DNA from: Candidatus Aenigmatarchaeota archaeon
GTDB taxonomy: Archaea > Aenigmatarchaeota > Aenigmatarchaeia > CG10238-14
NCBI GenBank assembly: GCA_026414305.1
Contig: JAOAJH010000003.1
Location: forward strand, 64,994-128,993
Length of the DNA: 64,000 nt
Direction of reading: 5' to 3'
Positions 8,954 through 18,600 of this stretch are shown here, piece by piece (the stretch's first letter is position 1; every line of letters begins with the position of its first letter). The notes below the pieces were generated by a model. That model was not told the DNA's origin. It made no database searches and saw only the letters and a program-made list of their open reading frames with translations. Made by a program: the position numbers and the translations under genes.

Positions 8954-9323
8954 CCTTGTTTTGTAAATTGAGCAAAAAATCTATGCCTGCAACTATCAGG
9001 GCAAGCCAAAAGCCAAAGCCATTGATGAAAATTATCAGAAAAACTATGGTTGGTTTTGTTATGAGCTCTATTATTCTTCCTATAGTAAAAAAGTGAAAAA
9101 CAAGATCTTCTGCTAATTGCAAAAGAAGGAACAAACCATAACCAGATATGTCCCAGAAATAGTCTATACCGAATATGACTACTTTCGGTATTATGGTCAT
9201 TATGTCAAAACCAAGGATAAACGCAACTATTTGAAACTCCTGCCCGAATTGAAACGGATCAATCCATGATGCAAATATCAATATCAACCCAAAAATTTGC
9301 CTTGTCAAGCTGAAGTTGAACAT
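8946..9323 (-). CDS. Membrane protein (hypothetical)
   Basis: 125 aa, 3-4 predicted TM helices. Confidence 0.35.
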   Translation of the reverse strand: MFNFSLTRQIFGLILIFASWIDPFQFGQEFQIVAFILGFDIMTIIPKVVIFGIDYFWDISGYGLFLLLQLAEDLVFHFFTIGRIIELITKPTIVFLIIFINGFGFWLALIVAGIDFLLNLQNKAI

Positions 9324-9351
9324 TTTTATCTATTCATACTAATTTCTTTTT

Positions 9352-9549
9352 ATGAAAATTAAGCTTGTTGTTGAAGGTAAAAACAAAACAATTGTCATAA
9401 AAAAATCTAACATTATTGATCTGGCCAAAAATCAAGGGATTGTTCTGTCAAATTATATAGTAAGAGTCAACAACAAAATAGTTCCTGAAGATGAAAAACT
9501 TAAGGATGGGGATGTTGTTGAGTTTTTCAAAGTTATAAGCGGTGGTTGA
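9352..9549 (+). CDS. ThiS/MoaD-like ubiquitin-fold small protein with C-terminal Gly-Gly (SAMP-like)
   Basis: 65 aa ending ...EFFKVISGG. The size, beta-grasp pattern and di-Gly terminus are typical of ThiS/MoaD/SAMP sulfur-carrier or modifier proteins. Confidence 0.5.
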   Translation: MKIKLVVEGKNKTIVIKKSNIIDLAKNQGIVLSNYIVRVNNKIVPEDEKLKDGDVVEFFKVISGG

Positions 9550-10083
9550 ATGGTTGTTATTGCCATTTCAGGATTGGCTGGGTCAGGTACATCAACCCTT
9601 GCTAAAATGCTTGCTAAAAAATTAGGGTTGAAATATTTTTCTCCGGGAGAATATTTTAAAAGCCATTCAAGCGGGAGCAATGAAACAGAGAGAGTAATGG
9701 ATGTATTTAAAAGTGGAAAGGGTTCTGACAAAGACTTTCATAAGAAGATTGATGAAATGCAGATAGATCTGGGGAAAAAAGGCAACATTGTAATTTGTGG
9801 TAAGCTTTCTATATTGATGCTTAAAGATATTGCTGACTACAAGATTTGGGTTGAATGTGATTTGAAAGAAAGGGCAAGAAGAACAGCAAAAAGGGATGGG
9901 ATAAGATTCGAAGATGCTTTGAAAGCTTTGAAAGAAAGAGAAAAACTACAGCTAAAAGAATGGAAAAAGGATTATGGTATAGACTATACTAGTCAAAAAA
10001 AAATGGCTGACTTGATTATAGATAATACAAATTTAAATGAAAACCAGGTTTTAAATATGGTTATAAAATTTATGAAAAAATAA
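9550..10083 (+). CDS. Archaeal-type cytidylate kinase-like P-loop kinase
   Basis: P-loop IAISGLAGSGTSTLAKMLAKKLGLKY and overall ~180-aa layout match the archaeal Cytidylate_kin2-type CMP kinase. Starts 1 nt after the SAMP-like ORF stop. Confidence 0.55.
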   Translation: MVVIAISGLAGSGTSTLAKMLAKKLGLKYFSPGEYFKSHSSGSNETERVMDVFKSGKGSDKDFHKKIDEMQIDLGKKGNIVICGKLSILMLKDIADYKIWVECDLKERARRTAKRDGIRFEDALKALKEREKLQLKEWKKDYGIDYTSQKKMADLIIDNTNLNENQVLNMVIKFMKK

Positions 10084-10354
10084 CAATTGCGCTGTCGGAA
10101 AGAAGTTCAAAAACCACACCATCACGTCCAGCCGCAATATATCTATTTTCATCTGATCTCCTATTGCCATTCGGAAAATACGTTAATTGTAATTGTTCAC
10201 CATTGTTTGAACCAGGAAAATAAACAGTTCCTTGCCTAATCCCTCTGAAATAAAATGGTTTTCCATCACCATTATAAAGTCTTCCTTTTTCAACTGTATA
10301 CATTTTTTTTGAATCATTAATGATATTCATAATTATCACCAGTATTGGTACCAA
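10070..10354 (-). CDS. Hypothetical protein
   Basis: 94-aa ORF on the opposite strand, overlapping the kinase 3' end by 14 nt. No recognisable family; could be spurious. Confidence 0.25.
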   Translation of the reverse strand: MVPILVIIMNIINDSKKMYTVEKGRLYNGDGKPFYFRGIRQGTVYFPGSNNGEQLQLTYFPNGNRRSDENRYIAAGRDGVVFELLSDSAIVIFS

Positions 10355-10401
10355 TAAATTCAGATTAAATTAATTAATATGTAAAGTATATAAAACTTTG
10401 T

Positions 10402-10767
10402 CTATTTTTTTGAAAATAAATATTTAGACGGCACTTCAAGCATTAGACCAGTTGAAAAATTGCATTTCTTGCAAATATAGCCAACGTGGCTTTTTTTACC
10501 AAACACGTCTATACCATATTTCTTCTCAAATTCATCCCCACATACAGGGCAGCTTTTCACATTCTTTCTCCTAAGAACTCTCTTCTTTATTTTTATTTCA
10601 ATTCCTCTTGTTTTCAACGCTATTAATTTTAATCTGCTCAAAGAAACTGAATAAGGATGTAGTTTTTTACTAACAATTTTATGCAATTCGGTTAAACTCT
10701 TTACAGAATTTTGCACACTCTTCATTAAAGCATCTTTAACCTGATTGTCAGAAGCTATTTTCCTCAC
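10402..10767 (-). CDS. Hypothetical protein with C-terminal Zn-ribbon (CPVCG...CKKC)
   Basis: 121 aa. Basic helical N-part followed by a C-x2-C...C-x2-C motif. Confidence 0.35.
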   Translation of the reverse strand: MRKIASDNQVKDALMKSVQNSVKSLTELHKIVSKKLHPYSVSLSRLKLIALKTRGIEIKIKKRVLRRKNVKSCPVCGDEFEKKYGIDVFGKKSHVGYICKKCNFSTGLMLEVPSKYLFSKK

Positions 10768-10811
10768 AATTAATTATATGTATTATTATTTTAAACTGCT
10801 TATTTATTTAC

Positions 10812-11081
10812 ATGAAGGTTTATTTTTTGTTCAAACCATGCAAAACTGATTCAGTGTTTGAGATAATACCACAAAAAGAAATAAACAGGAAACTGCTTAT
10901 AAAGGTCATACAAAAAGAGTTTAATGGAAAGATAGTTACAGACTCTAATTTTTTAACAGTTATAGATACAACCGAAGGTAAAGTTTCTGTTACAAAAAAC
11001 AACAAAATAATTTTAAGGGGTATTAAAGAAGATAAAGCAAAAGATATGGCAAATAAAATAATGAGATACTTTTTCAGCTGA
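10812..11081 (+). CDS. Hypothetical small protein
   Basis: 89-aa ORF. No family recognised. Confidence 0.3.
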   Translation: MKVYFLFKPCKTDSVFEIIPQKEINRKLLIKVIQKEFNGKIVTDSNFLTVIDTTEGKVSVTKNNKIILRGIKEDKAKDMANKIMRYFFS

Positions 11082-11688
11082 TTAAATGAATATTTTCCTC
11101 TATTCTTTTGATTATTTCATTTTTTTCATTTGCCTTGAAAATCAAAAATATTTTACATTCTATACTGTTGTCTATTGAAAAACCTGTTGTTAAAACAAGA
11201 AATTTCTGGCTATAAACATCTTTAAATCCGAAAAATTCAACGGCTCTAGCAGGGTTTACAGACAGCTCTGGTCTGCTTTGCTCAAAATTGTCTGCGAATA
11301 ATTTTATTTCTGCATCTATAAAATATCCTATAATCAAATCGCAAATTTGTTTTATGACAGATACATTTTCGTCGCTTAGAGATTTATAAAAGCCATAATC
11401 TTTATGCAATGCTACATCGGCAAGCCTTAAAATATCATTTTCTCTTGAAAGGACAAATATTGTGTTTTGAATTCTATTTTCCACTTTCACCCATGTAACA
11501 ATAGGCTTATCTGTATAAGGATAAAATGTCTGTATCAAATCTTTTATTGACAAAATATCGACTTCTGATTTTAATGTCTTTATCTTTTTAGATAATGTTT
11601 GAGACAAAGCAGAAAATGAGTTTTTTGAAGCTATTGCTAAAGCTTTTTTAATCAACTCTTTTTCACTTGAAGTTATATCAGGCTTCAA
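11074..11688 (-). CDS. CheC/CheX-like domain protein (tentative)
   Basis: 204 aa. N-terminal ALAIASKNSFSALSQTL resembles the CheC-family helix (AATALSQLL). Sits directly downstream of a CheY-like receiver gene. Confidence 0.3.
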   Translation of the reverse strand: MKPDITSSEKELIKKALAIASKNSFSALSQTLSKKIKTLKSEVDILSIKDLIQTFYPYTDKPIVTWVKVENRIQNTIFVLSRENDILRLADVALHKDYGFYKSLSDENVSVIKQICDLIIGYFIDAEIKLFADNFEQSRPELSVNPARAVEFFGFKDVYSQKFLVLTTGFSIDNSIECKIFLIFKANEKNEIIKRIEENIHLIS

Positions 11689-11701
11689 ACAATGTCGCCT
11701 T

Positions 11702-12067
11702 TTATTTTAGAGCTTTTTTTATTCTGCTAACTAGATCGTTGTTATCAAAAGGTTTTGTTATATAGTCTGATATACCAAGTTTAGCCACTTCTTTCTTCCC
11801 TATTTCAGACATTCTGGCAACTGTCAAAAATATTACTTTGATTTTTTTGGTTTCTTGGTTTTCTCTTATCTTTTCAAGCACATCTTTGCCTGTCATTCCT
11901 GGCATCATCATATCCAAAACTATCAAATCTGGTTTTATAGTCTTCAACCTATTTAGGCATTCCTTGCCATTAGAAGCTGTGTCTACTTGAAAACCTGCTT
12001 GTTCTAGCACTTCTTTAACCAATATCAATATATTCTCTTCATCATCTACTACCAGTATTTTTGTCAT
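11702..12067 (-). CDS. CheY-like response regulator receiver (single-domain)
   Basis: ILVVDDEENIL..., phospho-acceptor context DLIVLDMMMPGMTG, and conserved K in YITKPF. 121 aa. Confidence 0.85.
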   Translation of the reverse strand: MTKILVVDDEENILILVKEVLEQAGFQVDTASNGKECLNRLKTIKPDLIVLDMMMPGMTGKDVLEKIRENQETKKIKVIFLTVARMSEIGKKEVAKLGISDYITKPFDNNDLVSRIKKALK

Positions 12068-12119
12068 TTCTTCTCAAAACATAATTTTAAATAAACCTAA
12101 ATTTAAATTAAACGATTGA

Positions 12120-12395
12120 ATGCTAGGTATCCTAGATGCTTTCAGTATAATCAATTTAGCATTAATTACCTACAGCACAAAAAGTGGTGGTACAAGAATG
12201 GACATAGCAAAAGAAGCCAAAAACATAATAAAACAAATAGTTGGCGAAGAAGCAGCTGAAATGATAAATAAATTTTCTGATCCAAAAAGATATCCTAAAG
12301 AATTTTTAGAAGATTGTATCTATTTTTTAGCAAAATTTGTAGGTGAAGAGGCTGCAAGAGAAAGATTTTCAAAATTATATAAAAAATATGCTTAA
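12120..12395 (+). CDS. Hypothetical small protein
   Basis: 91-aa ORF on the opposite strand, between the receiver gene and the multi-TM protein gene. Confidence 0.3.
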   Translation: MLGILDAFSIINLALITYSTKSGGTRMDIAKEAKNIIKQIVGEEAAEMINKFSDPKRYPKEFLEDCIYFLAKFVGEEAARERFSKLYKKYA

Positions 12396-13144
12396 GATTT
12401 GATTATCTTTTTTGTTGTCTTTAAGTGATGGTAAAAGCCATATGCTAGACTTAGATATGACAAAATCCAAAGTAAATCTATCCATTCGCCTGTTTCGTAA
12501 ATTTCAATAATATTGTAATATATTATATCTGCTATCAATATCAATGAAAATGACAAAAGAATTATGCTCCAAGATTTGAAAAATTCGCTTTTGCTAATAT
12601 TTGAAACAACAATAAAAGTCTTTAAAAGAAGTGATGAATCTAAAAACACATAACTCAAAATTAAGATTTCTTCAACTAGTGTAATACTTTTGGAACTAAA
12701 TTCAATAAGGATTAATGTAAATATTGTGACAAACAAGGTAATAATTGATGAAAAAACAATTTTTGTTGTTGTTATCTTTGATTTTGAAATTTTAAACAAA
12801 TTAAAGATGCCTATAATAAAAAATGGGTAACCTAATAGCCAGAAAAAGTCTGCTAGAGATATTTTAGGTGACATTATACCATTTAATTCATATAAAAACC
12901 ATGCTGTTTCTGCCAAAAACCATGATAATGCGCCTAAAAACATGAAAAATAAAGATTTACCTTGAATGTTTTTATAACCATATGGTTTGTAAGCTAAAAA
13001 AGCAAACAAAAAGAACAAAGATGAATTTATTACAGGAAGCAAGTCTGCCAAAATATAAAAATTATCACCAAAAGGTCTAGTTATATATAAAGCAATATCA
13101 GCTAAACCTATTAAAACAAATAATATTATTGGATTTAATCTCAT
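12392..13144 (-). CDS. Multi-pass membrane protein (7-8 TM), possible membrane module of the adjacent histidine kinase
   Basis: 250 aa, highly hydrophobic throughout. Its start overlaps the histidine kinase stop by 4 nt. Confidence 0.5.
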   Translation of the reverse strand: MRLNPIILFVLIGLADIALYITRPFGDNFYILADLLPVINSSLFFLFAFLAYKPYGYKNIQGKSLFFMFLGALSWFLAETAWFLYELNGIMSPKISLADFFWLLGYPFFIIGIFNLFKISKSKITTTKIVFSSIITLFVTIFTLILIEFSSKSITLVEEILILSYVFLDSSLLLKTFIVVSNISKSEFFKSWSIILLSFSLILIADIIYYNIIEIYETGEWIDLLWILSYLSLAYGFYHHLKTTKKIIKS

Positions 13145-14256
13145 CTTTTCACTCTACTATTTATTGGTAAAGTGAAATAAAAAGTTGTGCCTTTGCCAAC
13201 CTCACTATCAAACCATATTTTTCCTCCCATTTTGTTTACAAGCTCTTTACAAACAGACAAGCCTAACCCATAACCTTTGTTTTCTCTTGTATATGTCGGA
13301 TCAACTTGGAAAAACCTTTCAAATATTTTTTTATGATATTTTTTATCTATACCTATTCCTGTGTCAATTACAGAAAATTTTATGAATTTCCCTTGTTTTT
13401 CAGCAACAACCTTGACAAAGCCTTTCTCTGTATATTTTATCGCATTGCTTACAAGATTGATCAATATTTCATAAAGTTTCTCTCTGTCTGTCTTTATCTT
13501 TATTTTATTTTTACATTCATAACTCAATTGCAACTTTTTCTCTTTAGCTAATTGCTGCATTTCTTTTTGAACTCTGTCTAATATTTCGCTAATGTCTACA
13601 TCTTCTACTATGAATTTTATAGTACCTAGATCTATTCTTGTCAAATCAAGCAAATCGGTAACAAGCAATGACAGTCTATCAACCTCATTCTCAATTATTT
13701 TCAAATATTTGCTTCTTTTTTCTTTATCCTTAACCAATTCATCATTATTCAGTAATTGTGTAAAGCCTTTTATTGCTGCCATTGGTGTTTTTAATTCATG
13801 TGCAGCTATTGAAAGAAACATGTTCTTTTCTTTGTTTAATTCTTTTAATTTTTTTATTGATTCGTGCAATTTTTTTTCTGCAATAACTTTGGTAGTAACA
13901 TCGCGTGCAACGCCCAAAACAAAATATTTTTTCTTCGAACCACAATAACATCTTTTTGCAATTACTTCAACTGTCGTTATCTTACCTGTTTTAACATTTT
14001 TTATGTCGACATTGGCAGGACCTATTTGCTTGCCACTCAGAACAGATTTAACAAGATAACTCACTTTTTTGATTTCATAATCTGGAAATATGCCCAAATT
14101 TATAAATTCTTTTGATTTTAATTTTTTCGGAGTTAAACCTGTTATCTTTTCAGCCATTTTATTAGCATAAACAAAAATACCCTTTTCATCATGTATATAA
14201 TAAATATCAGGTGCAAAATCAAAAAGTTTCTTCCACATATTTGGGTTCAATTTCAT
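13141..14256 (-). CDS. Sensor histidine kinase (PAS - HisKA - HATPase_c), soluble
   Basis: H-box SIAAHELKTPMAAIKGF. ATPase motifs (VSNAIKYT, DTGIGIDKKYHKKIFERF, GYGLGLSVCKELV) and an N-terminal PAS-like region. 371 aa. Confidence 0.85.
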   Translation of the reverse strand: MKLNPNMWKKLFDFAPDIYYIHDEKGIFVYANKMAEKITGLTPKKLKSKEFINLGIFPDYEIKKVSYLVKSVLSGKQIGPANVDIKNVKTGKITTVEVIAKRCYCGSKKKYFVLGVARDVTTKVIAEKKLHESIKKLKELNKEKNMFLSIAAHELKTPMAAIKGFTQLLNNDELVKDKEKRSKYLKIIENEVDRLSLLVTDLLDLTRIDLGTIKFIVEDVDISEILDRVQKEMQQLAKEKKLQLSYECKNKIKIKTDREKLYEILINLVSNAIKYTEKGFVKVVAEKQGKFIKFSVIDTGIGIDKKYHKKIFERFFQVDPTYTRENKGYGLGLSVCKELVNKMGGKIWFDSEVGKGTTFYFTLPINSRVKR

Positions 14257-15645
14257 TTACTTCACCAACATTCTTGATGTTTTCTGATAGGCTTTCTCGC
14301 TAATCAAACCTTTCTTGTATAATTCTTTTAAATCGTTTAGCAATTTTGTGCTTTTATCTTCTTCAACTGGTGCTGGTTGAGGCTCTGGTTGAGGTTGTAC
14401 GACAGGTTGTGGAACAGGTTGTGCTTGAACTCCTTTTATCCTTTCTATGCTTTCCCTTATTTGCTTGTCAATATTTGCAAGTTTCTCCAAGTTAGCTTCT
14501 CTTATTTTTTTATAATCCTGTTCCTTTATAGCTCTGTTTTTATATTGCTCGTCAATGTTGCTTAAAAGAGTGCTTATCTCTTGTTTTTGTTTTTGCAATT
14601 GTTGTATCTCTTCTGGCAATGGACCTAAGAATGGTATGCCACTAGAAACTGATTTTTTAACATCTTCCAAATCTTTTGTGAATGATGTAAACAATTCTTT
14701 CATTTTATAAAGTTCTTCTTCTGTTGCCAATTTGCCGATTTTAACATTTATATCATCAACAGCCTTGAGCAAATCTTTTGATAAACCATCTATTTGTATC
14801 TGTTTATTCTTATATTCCTCAAATTCCTCTAATTTTTTATTCAACTCAACAAACAATTTTTCAATTTTCTCAGAAATCTTTTCAACATCTCTCAGCATAT
14901 TCTCCATTTTCACAAATTTTTCATTTATTCTTTTGCTGACATTTACAAGATTCTCAACACTTCCTATTTCTTTGAACACGTTTCTAATCTCATTAACATC
15001 TTTAACCATGTCATAAGAAACTTTTTCTAGTTTTTCAAGCCTTAAATTTTGATTGGCTAACTCTTTATCTCTTTTTTGCAATTCTCTTGTATATTGTTCT
15101 GGCTTGACATCATTGAAAACTTCCTCTATCTTTTGCACTTTTACATTCATCTTGTCAATTTCGCTTTCTTTTTGAAATATCATTGATCTCAATTCGCCTA
15201 TTCCTTCTGTCAGTCTTTGCAACTTTTCATCTGTAGCAACCCTCAAATCTTTTTGAGCATCAAGAAATGCCTTTATCCTTTCCATTTCAACATTTATCTT
15301 GTTTATTTCTGTCTCTATTTTTTTGTTAAGTTCAATTATTATTTCTGATTTAATTTTTGCTGTATCAGCTGTCTTAGCCACTTGCACTGATGGTTGAGGT
15401 TGGCTCTGAGGTTGTTGCAAAGTTTGAGTTTGTGCAGGCTGCTCAACTTCTGGTTGAATCTGTACAGGTTCGCCGCCTAACTTTTGTATTTCTGCTTCTA
15501 TAGTTGCCAGTTTTGCCTTGTTTTTATTTTTTATCTCATTATAAGTATTATCGCTTATTTGAGCTCTGCCATACTCATCCTCAAGCGATTTAAGGAGATT
15601 CTCTATTTCTTTCTTCTGCTCTATTAGCTCGTTTAAGTCAGCCAT
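14257..15645 (-). CDS. Long coiled-coil protein with PQ-rich segments and SHOCT-like terminal motifs
   Basis: 462 aa, predominantly heptad-like E/K/L/I sequence. P/Q-rich stretches (PQPEPQPAP). Termini resemble the SHOCT motif (ELYKKGLISEKAYQKTSRML; ISDNTYNEIKNKNKAKL). Starts 45 nt after the giant gene stop. Confidence 0.55.
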   Translation of the reverse strand: MADLNELIEQKKEIENLLKSLEDEYGRAQISDNTYNEIKNKNKAKLATIEAEIQKLGGEPVQIQPEVEQPAQTQTLQQPQSQPQPSVQVAKTADTAKIKSEIIIELNKKIETEINKINVEMERIKAFLDAQKDLRVATDEKLQRLTEGIGELRSMIFQKESEIDKMNVKVQKIEEVFNDVKPEQYTRELQKRDKELANQNLRLEKLEKVSYDMVKDVNEIRNVFKEIGSVENLVNVSKRINEKFVKMENMLRDVEKISEKIEKLFVELNKKLEEFEEYKNKQIQIDGLSKDLLKAVDDINVKIGKLATEEELYKMKELFTSFTKDLEDVKKSVSSGIPFLGPLPEEIQQLQKQKQEISTLLSNIDEQYKNRAIKEQDYKKIREANLEKLANIDKQIRESIERIKGVQAQPVPQPVVQPQPEPQPAPVEEDKSTKLLNDLKELYKKGLISEKAYQKTSRMLVK

Positions 15646-15690
15646 AGTTTAACAACCTATATATTTATTTTGTTTTTTAAATTTGAAATT

Positions 15691-18600
15691 CTACCTCCTT
15701 TCCAAAGCTTTTAGCCTGCTGTCAACTGATTCAAGATATGTCTGAGCCATCTTGAACATACCCTGTTTCATTTTATCTTTTGCTATATTCAATTCTAATT
15801 CAACATCATAAGTATCAATCTTTCTTGCTTTCAACTTCTCTATTCTTTGATCTGCTTCATTTATCTTTTGCTGAGTAGCGTCATATTCAGCCAATTCCTC
15901 ATCTGTTAATCTGTGTGTGTCATGCAATAATGGTCTGAATGACAAGAACCATGGTTTACCTTCATTGTATTCTGGATTTTGCACTAAACCTGTACCTGTT
16001 GTTAGCTTTGTTATTCTAGCTGCATAATCAGCGCCATACTTTGTCTTTACTCTATTGATATCGCCTTCATACTTTGTTCTCAACTGTATTTCTGTTCCGA
16101 TGTTGGCTCTAATTGCGCCTCTGAAATCCATAAGGACTTGAGATATCATGAATAGACCGATACCCCACTTTCTGAATTCTCTTGCACCTCTTTCCAATGC
16201 TACAAAACCGCCTTTACCACCATATTTTGGAAGCAATCTATGAACTTCATCATACACCATTAATAGCTTTAGCTGTTTAGATTCTGGCAAGTTCATGTCG
16301 AATATTTCTTGTATAGATGCTCTTATCAGTGTGTCTATATCTGCCATCGACAATTTATTCATAACAAATACTGTTATTTCTCCTGGTTTCATGTATTGCT
16401 TCAAATTCAACTTCATGTGTGGATCTTTTACTATTATTATATTTGTCTTGAAACCTCTTGCATCTTCTCTCTTTAAGCCGAATTGTGGATATAACTTGAA
16501 CATTTCTTCATCTTTACATGGCCTTATGAAACCAGTCCATTGTGCAGTTGGATCAAATACAATTACAGGTATGTCCCTCTTTAATAACTCTTCAGCAGTT
16601 GCCATAGCTGATACTGTTTTACCTGAACCAGTACCACCTGCAGCTAAGCTATGCATTACAAGTTTGTTTATATCTGTGTAAGCGTTTATATCAGTTTCAG
16701 CTACTTTACCAACCAAAACTGTGTTTGGACCTGGTTGTGGCAGCTTTTTAACATCAACCGGGAATATGTACTTTGCTTTTATCTTCTTCATTGTTGTATA
16801 ATATCTGTAAGCTCTGTAGCCAATTATAGTTGCCGGAGCTATCAATAACAAAACAGCATATGTTATCCAACTTGTTGCTAAAGCCTTCAATATTATTAAT
16901 GGTGCTGGAAGATAAACAACATCAAATGCTGTTGCTGCTCTAGCAACTTTCTTTCCATACCAATATGAAGCTGTTACCTCTAGTATGTATCTTTCTGTTG
17001 GTGTATCTTCTGGTATATCAAACGTCTTAATAAATGTTAAAACGTCTTCAACTGCAACTGTTTCCTGAGATCTTGTAATAACCTCTTCTGTCTTAAGATT
17101 CCTCAATGTGTAATTCAAAACAATATCCTCAACTTTTGCAGTTTGACCCATGTTCAAAACTGTTACTTGGAATTTAGCCTGGTGCCCAGGCTGAACTGAT
17201 TTTGTTAATGATTCTACTTTTACATCAAGCAATGGTTCTGGACCATAATCAACTTTTATCGTAATTGGTGTTCTGTGCTGTTTATCTCCAATTGTTGTAA
17301 CAAGATCAGCTGTGTATATACCAGGTTGATTTGATGGTAATGCAAATACTTTAACTTTAATTACTTTGGTTGATTTAGGTGCAACTGTAAAGCTTGATTC
17401 TTCAAGCATTATCATTTCCCATGCAAATCCTTCTACTTTAATTTCACCTTTCATCTCACTCTCTTCATTGTTTGTTATTTCAATTGAATGTATCTCTTCC
17501 TCTCCTGGCTTCAAAGTCACAAACAACAAAGTTGATTTAATTGAAAATGGCACACCTGGAATTGTTATTTGACCTAAACCTGCTCCTCCGGCTCCGCCAC
17601 CGCCTCCACCTGCACCACCTGCCGCACCACCTGCTGCTTGCGGTGGTAATGTAACTGGTGGTGGTAATGGACAATCAGCTGGACATGTAAATGTTGATTC
17701 ACCATAACCATGATCGCATGTGTTATCTCCACATATATATGGAGCTAATGCATATGCACCTGAAATATTGCCTGTTACTTGAGCTGTAGCTGTGTGCAAT
17801 GTTGAATTGACTGTTGTTGTTAATCTTGTCCATGAACCCAAACATCCTGTTTTTCTTACCCAATTATCGCACCTGAATAAAGCTAATGATCCTTCAAAGA
17901 ATGCAGCTGGTCTGCAATCATTATTCATCTTGCATATTGTCTTGCTCATATAATCGCTGTAATCAAATGTTATGCTTGTGTTTGTTGTATTCAATACAGT
18001 TTCAATATACAGTCCTTGCAGAGTGCCTATACTAACTCTTTCAGAAGGTATGTCACCAAATATCATTGGATTAAAAACATCTGTTATTATTTCAACATTT
18101 CTTGAAAGTATTGTTGAATTGAAAATTGATGCTTGCAGGTCATATCTTCTTGCATCTATCAATACATTGTAATAACCATTAGCCATATTTGGTGTGATAT
18201 TAAACAGCATTTGTGTTGTGTCAGGTTGATATAAAGTGAAGTTTACAAATGTTATCGGTTCTGCAGCATGCTCATAATCTTTTGAATATCCATGGAATAA
18301 AGCTGCAGGATATATCTGAAATTCAGATGATGCATTTCCACAATTATTTGAATAATCACAAGCTGTTGCATTGATTGTATAAACACCTAACAAGGTTGTG
18401 TTTGTTATGTTGTACTGATAATAGTATGTATTATTGACTCTGTACAAGAATATAAATGAAATTTGTTGTGTTCTGTTGTCTGGATATGTTATTATAGCTG
18501 GAACATTTCTCAAATTACCTTCTTCGTATGCTATGCCATTAACTGTTGCAACATAACCAGCTGGAACTTTGGATGGAACTATCAAAGTCAATTGAGGTGG

